From: a bacterium | Lineage (GTDB): Bacteria; Zhuqueibacterota; Zhuqueibacteria; Residuimicrobiales; Krinioviventaceae | NCBI GenBank assembly: GCA_963693055.1 | Contig: OY843751.1 | Coordinates: 4,384,001 to 4,448,000, forward strand | Length of the DNA stretch: 64,000 nucleotides | Direction of reading: 5' to 3' | Part shown: positions 41,267-52,716 of the stretch, piece by piece | How the letters are laid out: each line of letters starts with the position of its first letter | How positions within the stretch are numbered: position 1 is the stretch's first letter | Notes under the pieces: model-generated | What the model was told of the DNA's origin: nothing | Seen by the model: only the letters and a program-made list of their open reading frames with translations | Database searches by the model: none | Position numbers and translations under genes: made by a program

Positions 41267-43003
41267 TCAGCTTGCCATCAACTTTAACTGATACGCCACC
41301 ATCTCTTGTCCGTTACGAACCAGCAGCTTGTCTTTAACCACGACCGGATGGTTCCAGGTTTTGCCTTCAATGGCAGGGAATTTGACCAGTTCATGATATC
41401 CCTCCGGAACAGCACGCACCAGTGCAAGTTCTCCCTTTTCTGACAAGACGATCATCAAATCCTGTTCGTCCAAAAGGACAAACTGTCCCCGGCCATAACG
41501 GCCGCCTTTCCACAAGCGTTCACCGGATTTCAAATCTACACAGGTAAGTCCGTTTCCATGAAAACCATAAGCATAATCCTGATGGATAACAGAATCGTTA
41601 AAATAGGGATTAATCCGTTTCGAGCTCCATTTTTCATTAACGGTCCACTTTCCATTCTCCTGCGCAACGGTTATACATTGAACCCCATTCCGATCATCCA
41701 CACTAATGAGCATTTCACCATCATCTATCAGTGCAGGCTGCACAATAGGATGTCCCTCCCAGTCATGCTGCCATAATATTGCACCCTTTTCAGGTGTTAC
41801 ACTCTTGATCCCCGCCTCATTTAAAAACAGGATCTGTTCAACATCATCAATCATTACATAATGCGGAGAACTGTAACAATCTCCACCGGCATTCAAATTC
41901 CAAATCAGGTCCCCGGTTTCCAGCGCATACGCAACAAGAGAACCCGCCGCCGCAACAATGACCTTGTCATCTAACACAAGCGGAGAAGCAGAAAAACCCC
42001 ACATCGGGACCTTTGTTTCCGTATCTTGCCCAACATCCCGTGACCATATTACGGACCCGTCCCGCTCATCCAAAACATTCAAAATTCCGGTTGCGCCCAA
42101 AGCATAAACACATCCATTGTCAAGGGTAGGTGTCCCACGTGGCCCCGCACCACCATTTGACTCCCAGAAACGGGTTTCATCGCTGTGCATCCACATAGGT
42201 TTCCCGGTTTTTAGATGATAACACGCAATAATTTCATCATCACCACGCTGTTCCTGTGTAAAGAACAGATTGCCGTGGACTGCAAAAGAAGACCAACCCG
42301 GCCCAACAGCCCGTCGCCACAACTCCTGTGGTGGTGTAACCGACCAGCTTGAGTCGATAACTATATCGCGTACAATGCCGTTACGTGCAGGGCCTCTAAA
42401 TCCCGGCCATTCGGGTTGCAATGTCGAATCTACATCAACTATTTGATGCGGCAATTCTGTTTGAGGATCAATTTTCTCGACCAGTTGCTCCTCAGGACTG
42501 GCAGTCCATCGCCAGCTAAAATCAATATGCAAATCGGCAGTTATACCACCGGTACGCAAAAGCGCCCAGTACCCACAAGCCATCAAAACCGCAACAACCA
42601 TAGTGGTCCGTTTGACTGGGACAGGAAATCGTTGTGATATTACTGCCCAAAAGACAAACATTAAACTCACAAGCGGAGTTGCGTAAATAACAAACATCAA
42701 ACCCATCATACCGTTTGCAATGGATTCATGTAAAATCAGAGGAGTAGCAGCCATAGCAGCAATAATCAACAAAACGCCCAACCAGCGGTCTGTTCTAGGT
42801 GCCCGGCTGAAAAACGCCCACCAAAGTACAACAACCAGCCCCAATATCAGGCCACCAAACACGGCAAGAGCCAAAGCCGCAGGGACCAATATGGGTAGCA
42901 CATATCTTGTCAGCCATTGCAAAATAACAAGAGCAATACCAGGCCATAACCGTAAAGGCTTTTGTTCAGCATTACTAACGTTGCTTTTTCTTTGCTTAAA
43001 CAT
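41267..43003 (-). CDS. Membrane-anchored PQQ-like (BamB-type) beta-propeller protein
   Basis: N-terminal TMs, WPGFRGP.RNG, repeated G..W blade motifs, GKTWNHP. Confidence 0.8.
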   Translation of the reverse strand: MFKQRKSNVSNAEQKPLRLWPGIALVILQWLTRYVLPILVPAALALAVFGGLILGLVVVLWWAFFSRAPRTDRWLGVLLIIAAMAATPLILHESIANGMMGLMFVIYATPLVSLMFVFWAVISQRFPVPVKRTTMVVAVLMACGYWALLRTGGITADLHIDFSWRWTASPEEQLVEKIDPQTELPHQIVDVDSTLQPEWPGFRGPARNGIVRDIVIDSSWSVTPPQELWRRAVGPGWSSFAVHGNLFFTQEQRGDDEIIACYHLKTGKPMWMHSDETRFWESNGGAGPRGTPTLDNGCVYALGATGILNVLDERDGSVIWSRDVGQDTETKVPMWGFSASPLVLDDKVIVAAAGSLVAYALETGDLIWNLNAGGDCYSSPHYVMIDDVEQILFLNEAGIKSVTPEKGAILWQHDWEGHPIVQPALIDDGEMLISVDDRNGVQCITVAQENGKWTVNEKWSSKRINPYFNDSVIHQDYAYGFHGNGLTCVDLKSGERLWKGGRYGRGQFVLLDEQDLMIVLSEKGELALVRAVPEGYHELVKFPAIEGKTWNHPVVVKDKLLVRNGQEMVAYQLKLMAS

Positions 43004-43056
43004 TTACTACTCCTGTTTTATGGAGAAACACAAAAGTTATGCCCCAGAACAAAAGA

Positions 43057-43824
43057 TCAATTATGCACAGGTTCTTTTACACCTTTAATCAGCAACCATA
43101 AAGTTAATGAAAACTCGGCAATTACAGCAGGTACTGCAACAAACCAGGCAAATAACGTTTCATTGCCAGGTAAAAGGAAATCACCAAAACTTTCAGTTAA
43201 ATATCCAAATGCGGCTATAATCATAAATACACCAAATATTGACGGAAACAAATTTGATTTGTACAACAAATATCCCAATAAAAACAAATGTACGCCAAAA
43301 AATGCTCCACCTATTAAATAACCATATCCATGCAAATCCAAAAACAACATTGCAAGCCCATTCAACTGCTCCTGTCCAAAACCGGACAAATACGCAGAGC
43401 CACTCAACAACGGCAATACAACAAAATGGTTTAGCAAATTCACCGCGGCAATTGCAGGATGCGCCAGCAATCTGAAAGCAGCAGCAACCAAAGCAATAGT
43501 TTTACCTGCGGGCTTTAAAAGTACATAAAACAACATCGCAATTGCCGCATCACACATGAATGCTATCAAATCTGTGGCAAATCCAAGACGAAACAATCCC
43601 TCAGAGGCCATTATATTACTGGCTGTAGCAGCCGCATCGCCGGTTACAATCAAACTCGAACGTACAAATCCTTCACTGAACCCAGCCAGAATAATTACCA
43701 ATAAATATAAAACACCTGTTACTCGTGCTGTTCTTTTCATATATATATATCCTTCATTTTCCTTATTGATGTAAATGGTCCAAAATGACAAGCACACTGC
43801 CCCTTTTATGACCTGCTTCAACAT
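43057..43824 (-). CDS. DUF4386 membrane protein (likely start MKRTARV at 43740)
   Basis: ARVTGVLYL, DAAATASNI, E...LWLLIKG. Confidence 0.75.
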   Translation of the reverse strand: MLKQVIKGAVCLSFWTIYINKENEGYIYMKRTARVTGVLYLLVIILAGFSEGFVRSSLIVTGDAAATASNIMASEGLFRLGFATDLIAFMCDAAIAMLFYVLLKPAGKTIALVAAAFRLLAHPAIAAVNLLNHFVVLPLLSGSAYLSGFGQEQLNGLAMLFLDLHGYGYLIGGAFFGVHLFLLGYLLYKSNLFPSIFGVFMIIAAFGYLTESFGDFLLPGNETLFAWFVAVPAVIAEFSLTLWLLIKGVKEPVHN

Positions 43825-44782
43825 GATGATGTGCTTCTACAATATCTTCTATGGGATACAACTTGTCTATAACAGACCAGACCTTTTCCTCTTCTATCAA
43901 TTCTTTTAATAGTTCAAGGTCTCTGGCTTTATCCCGAGCTTTGCGCATGCCGGTAAAAGCGATCTCTGCTCTTTTACCCTTACTTTTGGAAGTTAAGAGC
44001 ATCTGCATCAGGATTGAAAAATTTAATACTGTTGTTAAATAGATCCCCTTATCAGTCAATATTTTTTTACACTTTGTAAAGGAGCTCTTGCCAACGGTAT
44101 CAAAAACCACATCATAGGTTTCTCCGGTTTTGGAAAAATCTGTTTGGCTATAATCGATCACAGAATCAGCTCCCAATGATTTCACCAGATCAACATTATT
44201 TGTGCTGCAAACACCGGTCACCTCGGCACCATAATAACTGGCAAGCTGCACCGCAAAAGTACCTATTGCTCCGGACGCGCCAATGATTAATATTTTTTGT
44301 CCGCTTTGTAATTTTGCATTGTCTCTTAAAAACGGTAGGGCAACCAGGGCGCCGTCACATACAGCCGCAGCCTGATTAAAATTCATGTTTTCCGGTTTTT
44401 TCGCAATGGCATCGTTTTCTGCCAGGGATTGGAACTCTACATAAGCACCCATTGTATCGCCGGATGCTCCGTAAACCGTATCCCCGGGTTTGAACTTTTC
44501 AACATTGCTTCCCACTTTGACAACTGTTCCGGACAATGCATCACCTAAAATTTGATTTTTGGGTTTGCTCATCCCCAAAATCATTCTTGTATATCTGGGA
44601 ATCCCTCTTCTAAAAATCACATCCGTCGCGCTAATTACAACAGCGTGATTACGTATCAAAACCTGACTTTCCCCCGGTATTGGTGTAACAATATCATGCA
44701 ACTCTAATACCTCGGGAGGGCCATATTTTTTGTACAATACAGCTTTCATATATATTATACCTCCGGCATAATTATTATACAT
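43763..44782 (-). CDS. MDR-family NAD(P)-dependent (quinone reductase-like) oxidoreductase
   Basis: YGPPEVL, GASGAIG, LGADSVIDY. Confidence 0.88.
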   Translation of the reverse strand: MYNNYAGGIIYMKAVLYKKYGPPEVLELHDIVTPIPGESQVLIRNHAVVISATDVIFRRGIPRYTRMILGMSKPKNQILGDALSGTVVKVGSNVEKFKPGDTVYGASGDTMGAYVEFQSLAENDAIAKKPENMNFNQAAAVCDGALVALPFLRDNAKLQSGQKILIIGASGAIGTFAVQLASYYGAEVTGVCSTNNVDLVKSLGADSVIDYSQTDFSKTGETYDVVFDTVGKSSFTKCKKILTDKGIYLTTVLNFSILMQMLLTSKSKGKRAEIAFTGMRKARDKARDLELLKELIEEEKVWSVIDKLYPIEDIVEAHHHVEAGHKRGSVLVILDHLHQ

Positions 44783-44965
44783 TCAATATTAGTTGATTTG
44801 TACGGGAACTTGAGTACAAGGTTACATTTATAACAAACAAATGCGGTGTATATTTCTGTTAAATGAATCTAAATGTGAAATGACAAAAATATATGTGGAA
44901 TACAATAATGCAGGAAAAATCCCCCTTGTAACCTGGCAAGAACACCCCCGTGTTCTACCAATGTA

Positions 44966-46936
44966 TTATTTTTCTTTAAAAGAGACAGCACCACAATCCG
45001 GAATGCCGGCAACACGGTACCAGGATTCAAAAAAGTCTTTCAAGCTTCCGGGGTACCAGGCCCGTTTAACATTCATCCAGCTACGCTGATCTCCAACCGC
45101 ATAATAGATACAGGTCTTTCCATCAACCTCTATAATATCCGGGTCTGAGGCGTTAACCCCTTCATCCAGACCATCTGCACGCAATACAGGATTCGCAGCG
45201 CTCAATTTCCAATGCTTTAAATCTTTTGAACGGGTAACCCAGGTTTCAAACTCCCAGCGGGGTGAACGACTTTCCAGGTACATCACATAATACCAGCCGT
45301 CAATATATCGTATACAGGGACATGCGGTATATCGATTTGTACCAAAAGTTGCCTCAGGCAGCTTGGTCCACTGCTTTAAATCAGAGGATTGTGCAAATTT
45401 GGTTGTAAAAGCAGGATACGCTTTGGTATTGGATTCATAAGCCATAACAAATCCATCCGCAGATTTACATACCGAAGAGTTAAAAAGTCCCTCATTCTCT
45501 CCTTTAACCACAACCCAAGAGTCCCAATGCTTTAGATCTTTTGACTCAAAACAGGTAACATCATTCCAAGTACCATTCTCCCAACGAGAGGCAAAAAGAT
45601 AAACCGTCTCATTTTCAACCAAAATCGAAGCAAGACCATAACCATACGCACAACGCGCCAGTTCTTTTCCTGTTACTGCATCCTTTAGTAAAAGATAATA
45701 ATCACTTTTCACGCCACCACTGCCAGGACGAATGCTTTCCATATGGCACAATTGACCTTTCCACATAAAAGGCGAAATTTCACAAAGGTCTTTTTTCAAC
45801 AGTTGCTCATTCTCATAAACAGAGGATTTACGAGGATCAGGAGGCAAAAGATGATTAAAAACATCCACAGGCCAGTCTGGCAAGCGCAAAAATCCTTTTG
45901 GTAGATCCTGTTGAAACTGAACATATGCTTTTACATCACCACGAGTAGTATAATCAATACTATCAGCCGATGCCTTGTCTACAATTACACCAAACAGCTT
46001 GTATCCCATCAGGGTACAATCTGTAATATCTACATGTAAAAGATTACCATTCTGAACACTCTGTATGATCCCGTTTGAAGGCGTTCCATGGGGCTGAGAA
46101 AAATTCAGCACAATCAATCGGCATCTTTCAATCGCTGCATGGGTATAGGTATGGAATCCGAAATTGCTGGCCTTTAATGCACATTGCGGACTGACCATTG
46201 TACAATCTTCAAATCGTACATCCGGCAGTTCAGGCATAGACTCGTTTTCAACACGTACATACGCGGCAGAGGTATCTCCCCATTCATCCAATGCCCACAG
46301 CCAGCAGTTTTTAAACAAAATAGGCTCATCATGTCTCGACAAACAGCTGGCTACACCGCCACCAAACGCACGACCAATACTGACACAATTTTCTACAAAT
46401 ACCGAAAAAGGTTTAACCTGATCTGTCAAATCAAAAAAGATACCGCCATCGCCACCGGTGACATATAGATTTTTCAAATGCCAGCGGTCCCAACCGATTG
46501 CTGAGAATGTCGGATCCGTATGCTCCTTTGACCATCCCTGTGAATTGGACCGTATAGGCCCCCACCAGTCATAGCTCTTAAAGCCTTTAAGCTCGGGATC
46601 ACCGGAATCGATAACAACCCATCCACTGGTGCCAGATCCATACTCACCATAAATATCACCAATCAATTCATTATAGCTTCCCTTGGCTCCTTTTTCAGCG
46701 GGATACAGCATGCCTTCAAAATAGGTGTCCGGCCGGATGATAATCTTGTGCCCTCCACTGGAATTGGGAACAGAGTCCAGTGCTTTTTGTACCGAAGTAA
46801 ATGCTTTCTCCCATGATGATCCATCTGAATTGCTGCCCAGTTTAGACACATAAAATGTACTTGCATGTACATTGAACACAAACAACAAAACCAAAATCCA
46901 TAGACGCATATGCAAAATCCTTATTGTTCTATTCAT
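44966..46936 (-). CDS. Exported two-domain protein: beta-helix-like N-terminus plus glycoside-hydrolase-like beta-propeller
   Basis: Signal peptide; FYVS..G...DG.SW..AF.SVQ.A start; S.DLK.W blade repeats, NASDPD. Confidence 0.55.
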   Translation of the reverse strand: MNRTIRILHMRLWILVLLFVFNVHASTFYVSKLGSNSDGSSWEKAFTSVQKALDSVPNSSGGHKIIIRPDTYFEGMLYPAEKGAKGSYNELIGDIYGEYGSGTSGWVVIDSGDPELKGFKSYDWWGPIRSNSQGWSKEHTDPTFSAIGWDRWHLKNLYVTGGDGGIFFDLTDQVKPFSVFVENCVSIGRAFGGGVASCLSRHDEPILFKNCWLWALDEWGDTSAAYVRVENESMPELPDVRFEDCTMVSPQCALKASNFGFHTYTHAAIERCRLIVLNFSQPHGTPSNGIIQSVQNGNLLHVDITDCTLMGYKLFGVIVDKASADSIDYTTRGDVKAYVQFQQDLPKGFLRLPDWPVDVFNHLLPPDPRKSSVYENEQLLKKDLCEISPFMWKGQLCHMESIRPGSGGVKSDYYLLLKDAVTGKELARCAYGYGLASILVENETVYLFASRWENGTWNDVTCFESKDLKHWDSWVVVKGENEGLFNSSVCKSADGFVMAYESNTKAYPAFTTKFAQSSDLKQWTKLPEATFGTNRYTACPCIRYIDGWYYVMYLESRSPRWEFETWVTRSKDLKHWKLSAANPVLRADGLDEGVNASDPDIIEVDGKTCIYYAVGDQRSWMNVKRAWYPGSLKDFFESWYRVAGIPDCGAVSFKEK

Positions 46937-49058
46937 TGACTATTCGGTAATACAAAGTTTCATACTCTGTTACCATTCTATTTAAAGAGAATTCTTTCAA
47001 TACTCTATTTCTCGCATTTTTAGTTAAATATTGAACAAAACGTCTGTCCTCTATAGCTCTTGTAATCAACTCGCACAGTCTTTCAGGATCACCGGGTGGC
47101 ATTAAAAAACCCGAATGCTCATGTTCAATCAATTCAGGAATACCTCCTACTTGGGATGCAATAACAACCAGTCCGGCGGACATGGCCTCCAATATAGAAA
47201 CCGGCATTCCTTCAGACCAAGAGGGGAGACAAAAAATATCTGCACTCTGATACCATGATTTAACGTTTGTATGAAAACCGGCAAATTCAATCATTTCCGA
47301 TACGCCCAAAGTTTCTGCCAGATTCTCTAGTTTTCCATTCATATCATCACGGCCCAAAAAAATAAACTGTATAGATGTATTTCCTCTATCTTTGAATAAT
47401 TTTGCCGTTTGAAGTTAAGTGATATGACCTTTAATTTTTTTTAAACTAGCAACTGTCAGAACTCTTGTTTTGCCATGTTGAGTCACTTTATTAACATCAA
47501 AGGGGTGAATCCCATTATATATTACAGAAATTTTATCACTGGGTAAATTGTATTTTCCCAAAATCTGGTCAGCGCCCGTCTTTGTCACGGAAATCCATTG
47601 GCATATATCTTTTTGTGTCATTTTAAACAACCATGATTTCATCGGATTTTCAAAATCATGAATCCCATGCAGCGTTGAAATTACAGGGACAGATCGCCTG
47701 TGCTTAAAAAAAAGCGTAACAACCTGTGCCGTTATTCCATGGGTTTGTATAAGATCAATCTTGTGTTTCTTGATGATGCTGCCAAGTTTGTACAAAGACA
47801 ATGGATTATAAAAATTCAGTAAATAACCCGGTACATTATATTTTGCCGCTTCCTGAATCAAAATGCCCTCACCCTTTAAGCATACCAGGGTATAATTCAC
47901 TTTATCACTTTTGTGGGCCATCATTTTCAGAACCAAATTTTCAGCACCCCCAATATCACTTGAGGTTGTGACTTGCATTACGTTTACCGGCTTTACTTCC
48001 TTTTGCTTTACCATGGCATTCAGCCATTTATCGGCATTTACGTCATAAGAGAATTTATTATGGACTGTTTCAAGACCGTTTTTACTGAATTTCTCATAAA
48101 CCTCTGCATCCTGAATCAAGGATATTAAACACATCTCCCATTCATCCAAACCGGAAGCAAGATAACCATTGTCACCATGTTGAATGATCTCTTTATTGAA
48201 TCCCACGGCGGATGCAACAACAGGAACGCCTGCTGACATGTACTGCAAAAGCTTGTAGCCGGCTTTCCCCCGCGTCCAGGGATTGTCTGTCAAGGGCATA
48301 ATGCCGATATCAAATGATTGCAGGTCTTGTAATTCACTTTTTTTATTCCATGGCAAACATTCAATATTCAAGCCGGGTACATTATAATTCTCAATCCCCA
48401 CCAAACGAAAAACGATTTCAAAAGATCGACTCAAACATAGCATTACCGGGGTGACTTCATTCAAGTATTCCCGGGTTGAATTACTTCCCATCCAACCTAT
48501 TACTGTTGGGCCATCCTTGGACCTTTTGGGCCTGGGACTAACTGGCGTTTCAATACAGGTTGGAACAACCGTAACATTGGAATTATATTTCTTTGTATAC
48601 GCTTCAAGATAGGGTGTGCTGGTTATAACCGCATCACAATTGCTTATAATTTTTTCAACGGATTTAAAATAGAGAACCAGTCTTTTAAACAGGGTTTTCT
48701 TTTTATAATATTCAAAAATAGCATCATCAAAATCAAAAACACTAAAAGGTGCCAGCCGTACAATCAATTTATCCAACAATGGATAAAAATATGGCAAGGT
48801 CTCTCTTTGCAATACAACAATATCATATTTTTTCAATTGCAGTAAAACTGCAATTCTGTCTTGAACCTTGAGTAGAAACCATAAAATCTTGTTAAATAAA
48901 GTTGGATGTGAATGATAGACACGGTCCAGTTTTTCCGATACGCCCGGACGTACAGTATATTTTATATTCTCTTTATCAAGATAGCCTAGCCATTCGTAAA
49001 CTCTGGCCCGACTGGATGCCCCCTGGACAGTTGTCTGGGTGAGAAAGAGAATATGCAT
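46929..49058 (-). pseudogene. Tandem GT4-GT4 glycosyltransferase interrupted by one in-frame TAA
   Basis: ORFs 47415-49058 and 46929-47357 are in the same frame; reading through TAA at 47417-47415 gives KGHIT*LQTAKLFKDRGNTSIQFIFLGRDD; GT4 motifs in both halves (KLLQYMSAGVPVVAS, EGMPVSILEAM). Confidence 0.8.
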
Positions 49059-49145
49059 ATTTTACTCCAAACTGAAAGCTAATATACTTAATATTTGCAT
49101 TTATGCAAAACAATCTTTCACAATGAATTATTTACTATGAAAAAT

Positions 49146-49637
49146 TTAATCCGACATCCCCATTTCCCTCAATATTTTCTCTGCGGTTAAAACTTGCTGG
49201 CAAGGCACCATAACTTTGTATTCATTGATATTAACACGATTGGTGTCTCCGGCAATACGATACAATGTATAGTCAGAACTTCCCAGGTGCAATGGATTGG
49301 ATTTTCGCGAGTATAAAAACGGATGCAGCCCTGATGATTCCAGGTTCTCTTTAACATATTCTGCCTGAGCAAGATCAGAAACGCCATATACTTTGGCCAT
49401 GCCTTCAACAATTTCATAATGACTATGCGCATTGCACAAAAATTTCCCATTTACCCGGTTTGCACAGCGTTTACAGTATGCAATACAACAGATAATACAC
49501 ACCCCTTCTGCCGGTTCAGAATAATGGGTATCACACTTTGCGCCATCAACAAACAAAGCTCCACAATCGGGACAAAATTCATCATCAACGCTTCCCTCAT
49601 TCTCACAGACCGGGCAATACAAAGCTTCTTTACTCAT
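49146..49637 (-). CDS. Zinc-ribbon/B-box-like Cys-rich protein with DUF2007-like C-terminus
   Basis: CPVC, CPDC, C..H, CIIC, CKRC, C..H motifs. Confidence 0.6.
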   Translation of the reverse strand: MSKEALYCPVCENEGSVDDEFCPDCGALFVDGAKCDTHYSEPAEGVCIICCIAYCKRCANRVNGKFLCNAHSHYEIVEGMAKVYGVSDLAQAEYVKENLESSGLHPFLYSRKSNPLHLGSSDYTLYRIAGDTNRVNINEYKVMVPCQQVLTAEKILREMGMSD

Positions 49638-49739
49638 AATAATCCCTTTTATCAGAGAGACACCTTTACAATAAATTTATTCATCATGTATGTATAGGAT
49701 AATTATGATAAAGATAAAATTTGCATTTTCAAAACAAAA

Positions 49740-52406
49740 TCAAGCAAGTATTTGAAGTTTTTCAATCACACCCTTATTTTGTATCTGTTTTAATAGGTAA
49801 TCCAGATTTAATACAATTAATATTTCAGAGGTATCAGAGCCTTTTGAAGGTTTTACAATACAATCAACAAGCTCATTTTCATCCAGTACAGATTGTCCTC
49901 TGTCTATATTATCATTATTTACCCTGGGAATTTGACCCAGTGCATCCACAACAAGCCCTACTTTAACTTTTTGATTATTTTCCAAAATCAATTCCACAAC
50001 AATAATTGATGCCCTGGCAGGATCAATAGCATCTGTTGCATTTAACAATTGATGTAACGAAATCACAAAAATCACCTGATCGTCAAATAACGTTTTACCA
50101 CTGATCAGAGAATGCATACCCGGCATACCAGTAACATTTTTGTATTCTATAGCTTTACACACATCAGAAGCGTTTATTCCGAACCAGTTTCCACCAATAT
50201 AAAATGTTGCCAAATCAATTGTATCTTTAGCATTGGCAGCAGCTGTCTGATTATCAAAACTAATGTTTTTATTTATTAGTTTTACAACCGAGTCTTTGAT
50301 CGGCGCAACGGGATAAAATACGAGTCCGACAACATCATAAACATAACCATCATTCACTTTGTATTCTCTGTATCCCGCGCTTGTGCATGCACCAACAGCA
50401 TAATATTTATTGTTCAAAATAACAATTTTGGAGGTCTTTTCACCATTATTCAAAGCAAGTAAGGTTGGATCAATTTCAATCTTGTCGCCTGGCTGAAAAT
50501 CCAATGTGGTAGAGCTTATAATATACCCCTGGCGGTTGGTAAATAAACCAAAACTGCCTTCTCTGGCATTACCTTTATCATCTTTTGATAGTGAATCATT
50601 CAACATTGCAGAAAATTGAGGTGTACTGTCAAACACAATACCAATACCACCCAAAACAATTGACGAGTTTGTTAAATCTGTTATGGCAGCTCCATAAATA
50701 AATGTGTGCTCCTGATTATAAAGAGCTGTTTTCTCAAAATCAGACACACTAAATTTTTGACTATCCCTAATTGATAATGTTTCTTTGATCCAGGCTTGAT
50801 CCAGATGTGTTCCTACCAACTGACGTTGTTCAGAATCAGAAACTGCAAGTATTTTACCCCGTTTGTCAAATACAAATAGGTTCGTATAGACGGTATATAA
50901 ATTATTAATATATTTTAAAATTCGAGTTATTGAATCCAAATCCTGAGATGAGATCGAATCCTGGGCCAATAGACGTCTGAACTCTGAAGTCAATGCCCAC
51001 CATCTGCAATCATTCGCACGTTCATATAAATTCCGGTCCATAATATCAACGGCCAGTGCAGCTTGAAATTCTACATCCTGCAAAATGGAAGAAATAACGG
51101 TTTCGTAAAGATTATCAATAGAATCTTTAAATACGGATTTAGTACGTTCACCGGCGTTGGAAATACTCCAAAGTAAAACTTTGGTAGAATCGTTTTTTTC
51201 ATCAACATTGCCGTTCCATACAGTCCGCTCTAATTCAGACTGAATCAATTCAGCTTTTAAAGGTATAGTTCTTAATTCTTTTGAAAATAATTGTGATGAA
51301 GACAAAACCTGTGACAAGGTTGTTTTGTCAATCCGATTTTCAAGATCTTTTGTATCTGCCTGCGCAAATGCATGCTGCAGAGGAAGCATAACATGCCCAA
51401 ACCAGCCCAGGCCCATATATCCCTCATATCCCTGCGTTTTACAAGTTTTGGCTAAATACTCACGACCGGCAAACCGAGCTATATTGAAATCACCATCCAA
51501 AGCCAACTCCATTTGTGCACCTATTCGGATATGTTCTTCATCTGAACTTGCAATCACTTTGCCCGTTTTATCTAAAAGCGTTAATACGCCCCACTCTTTA
51601 GCATTGTGCAGCTTGGAAAAGATGCCTTTCATTTCATTCTGAAACCGGAAACACAGGGCCAAAACACCAATGGATTTTGCCTGACTGTTATTACTTTCCT
51701 GAACACGATACGCGTATATTAAAGAATCCCCTTCACCGGGCAGTACATCCGTTTCCCGATAAATTTCGACATATTCTTTGCTAGTTGAAAGCGCATCCTG
51801 TATGAATGGATCATTAGAGTGTTGTACATTATAATTTTGATCTAACCGGGCTTTAACATTCCCTTTTGTATCAAGGAGTATGATATCAAAATATACAGAA
51901 TATTTGGCCACATACTCTTTAAAACGTTGAATTATATGAGAGTGATTAAATTCCAGTGTAGCGTGGTTTTTATCATTCAGATCATTATCTGTGTGAGATA
52001 AAAAAGCGCGAATATCATCATCAGTAGAAAGAAACCCGATATCGGCAGTACGTTCAAACAGATTTCGTATTACAATATCAACTACTACCTGGGCTTTGGC
52101 TTTAATATTTTGTACTGTCTTTTTTAATGTTTCTAAACCCAGTTGCCCCAACAATTGAAAAGTTAATTCCTGAAAACTCTTTTGAGTACTGCTCATATCA
52201 GTACCCATATTGTTCATTTTACCCAGAATCGTAAACAGGTCCCATTGCCCCCCAAGATTTGACAACTCTTCCCGATATCGTTCCACATCCGGCATATGAT
52301 TAACCAACCCCTCCAATTTTGCCGGAATTTTCACAGTCTTGTAAACAAATTCATGTTCCTGCATATCTCCTCCAAACTCGTACAGACATTTTTCTACAAC
52401 TAGCAA
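49740..52406 (-). CDS. Soluble tandem Cache-like sensor fused to a C-terminal CheW domain
   Basis: Internal repeats RNLFERTAD/RNLYERAND, each followed by Y..Y....D..G PAS-like folds; CheW end ATFYIG..WFGI...VGLVVDALG; no TM helix. Confidence 0.78.
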   Translation of the reverse strand: MLVVEKCLYEFGGDMQEHEFVYKTVKIPAKLEGLVNHMPDVERYREELSNLGGQWDLFTILGKMNNMGTDMSSTQKSFQELTFQLLGQLGLETLKKTVQNIKAKAQVVVDIVIRNLFERTADIGFLSTDDDIRAFLSHTDNDLNDKNHATLEFNHSHIIQRFKEYVAKYSVYFDIILLDTKGNVKARLDQNYNVQHSNDPFIQDALSTSKEYVEIYRETDVLPGEGDSLIYAYRVQESNNSQAKSIGVLALCFRFQNEMKGIFSKLHNAKEWGVLTLLDKTGKVIASSDEEHIRIGAQMELALDGDFNIARFAGREYLAKTCKTQGYEGYMGLGWFGHVMLPLQHAFAQADTKDLENRIDKTTLSQVLSSSQLFSKELRTIPLKAELIQSELERTVWNGNVDEKNDSTKVLLWSISNAGERTKSVFKDSIDNLYETVISSILQDVEFQAALAVDIMDRNLYERANDCRWWALTSEFRRLLAQDSISSQDLDSITRILKYINNLYTVYTNLFVFDKRGKILAVSDSEQRQLVGTHLDQAWIKETLSIRDSQKFSVSDFEKTALYNQEHTFIYGAAITDLTNSSIVLGGIGIVFDSTPQFSAMLNDSLSKDDKGNAREGSFGLFTNRQGYIISSTTLDFQPGDKIEIDPTLLALNNGEKTSKIVILNNKYYAVGACTSAGYREYKVNDGYVYDVVGLVFYPVAPIKDSVVKLINKNISFDNQTAAANAKDTIDLATFYIGGNWFGINASDVCKAIEYKNVTGMPGMHSLISGKTLFDDQVIFVISLHQLLNATDAIDPARASIIVVELILENNQKVKVGLVVDALGQIPRVNNDNIDRGQSVLDENELVDCIVKPSKGSDTSEILIVLNLDYLLKQIQNKGVIEKLQILA

Positions 52407-52716
52407 GATAGACTTTAGGAATTAGGCAAAAGACGGGGTAATTTTGCGTTAATACAAAAGGTCAAATTCATGTTATAATAATACTAACAGAAGCAAAACA
52501 TGTAATAATTTTTAGTCCCAAAAAACTATGATAACATACCTATACATAGCTATTTTATAAATAGCAATTTTAGAGCCAAAATGTTCAGTCTAATAAATTG
52601 AAGCGAAATAATTCAATAAAATTTTACTTTTTATACAAAAACAAATCAAGCGTATAAATAAAATCAAATAGTAAATGGAATTCTTTGGTGAGGGAATTAT
52701 ATTTAACGAGTTCTGT

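Noticed and set aside
43739-43750. (AT)n tract before the DUF4386 start
   Set aside because: Too short to argue for phase variation in AT-rich DNA.
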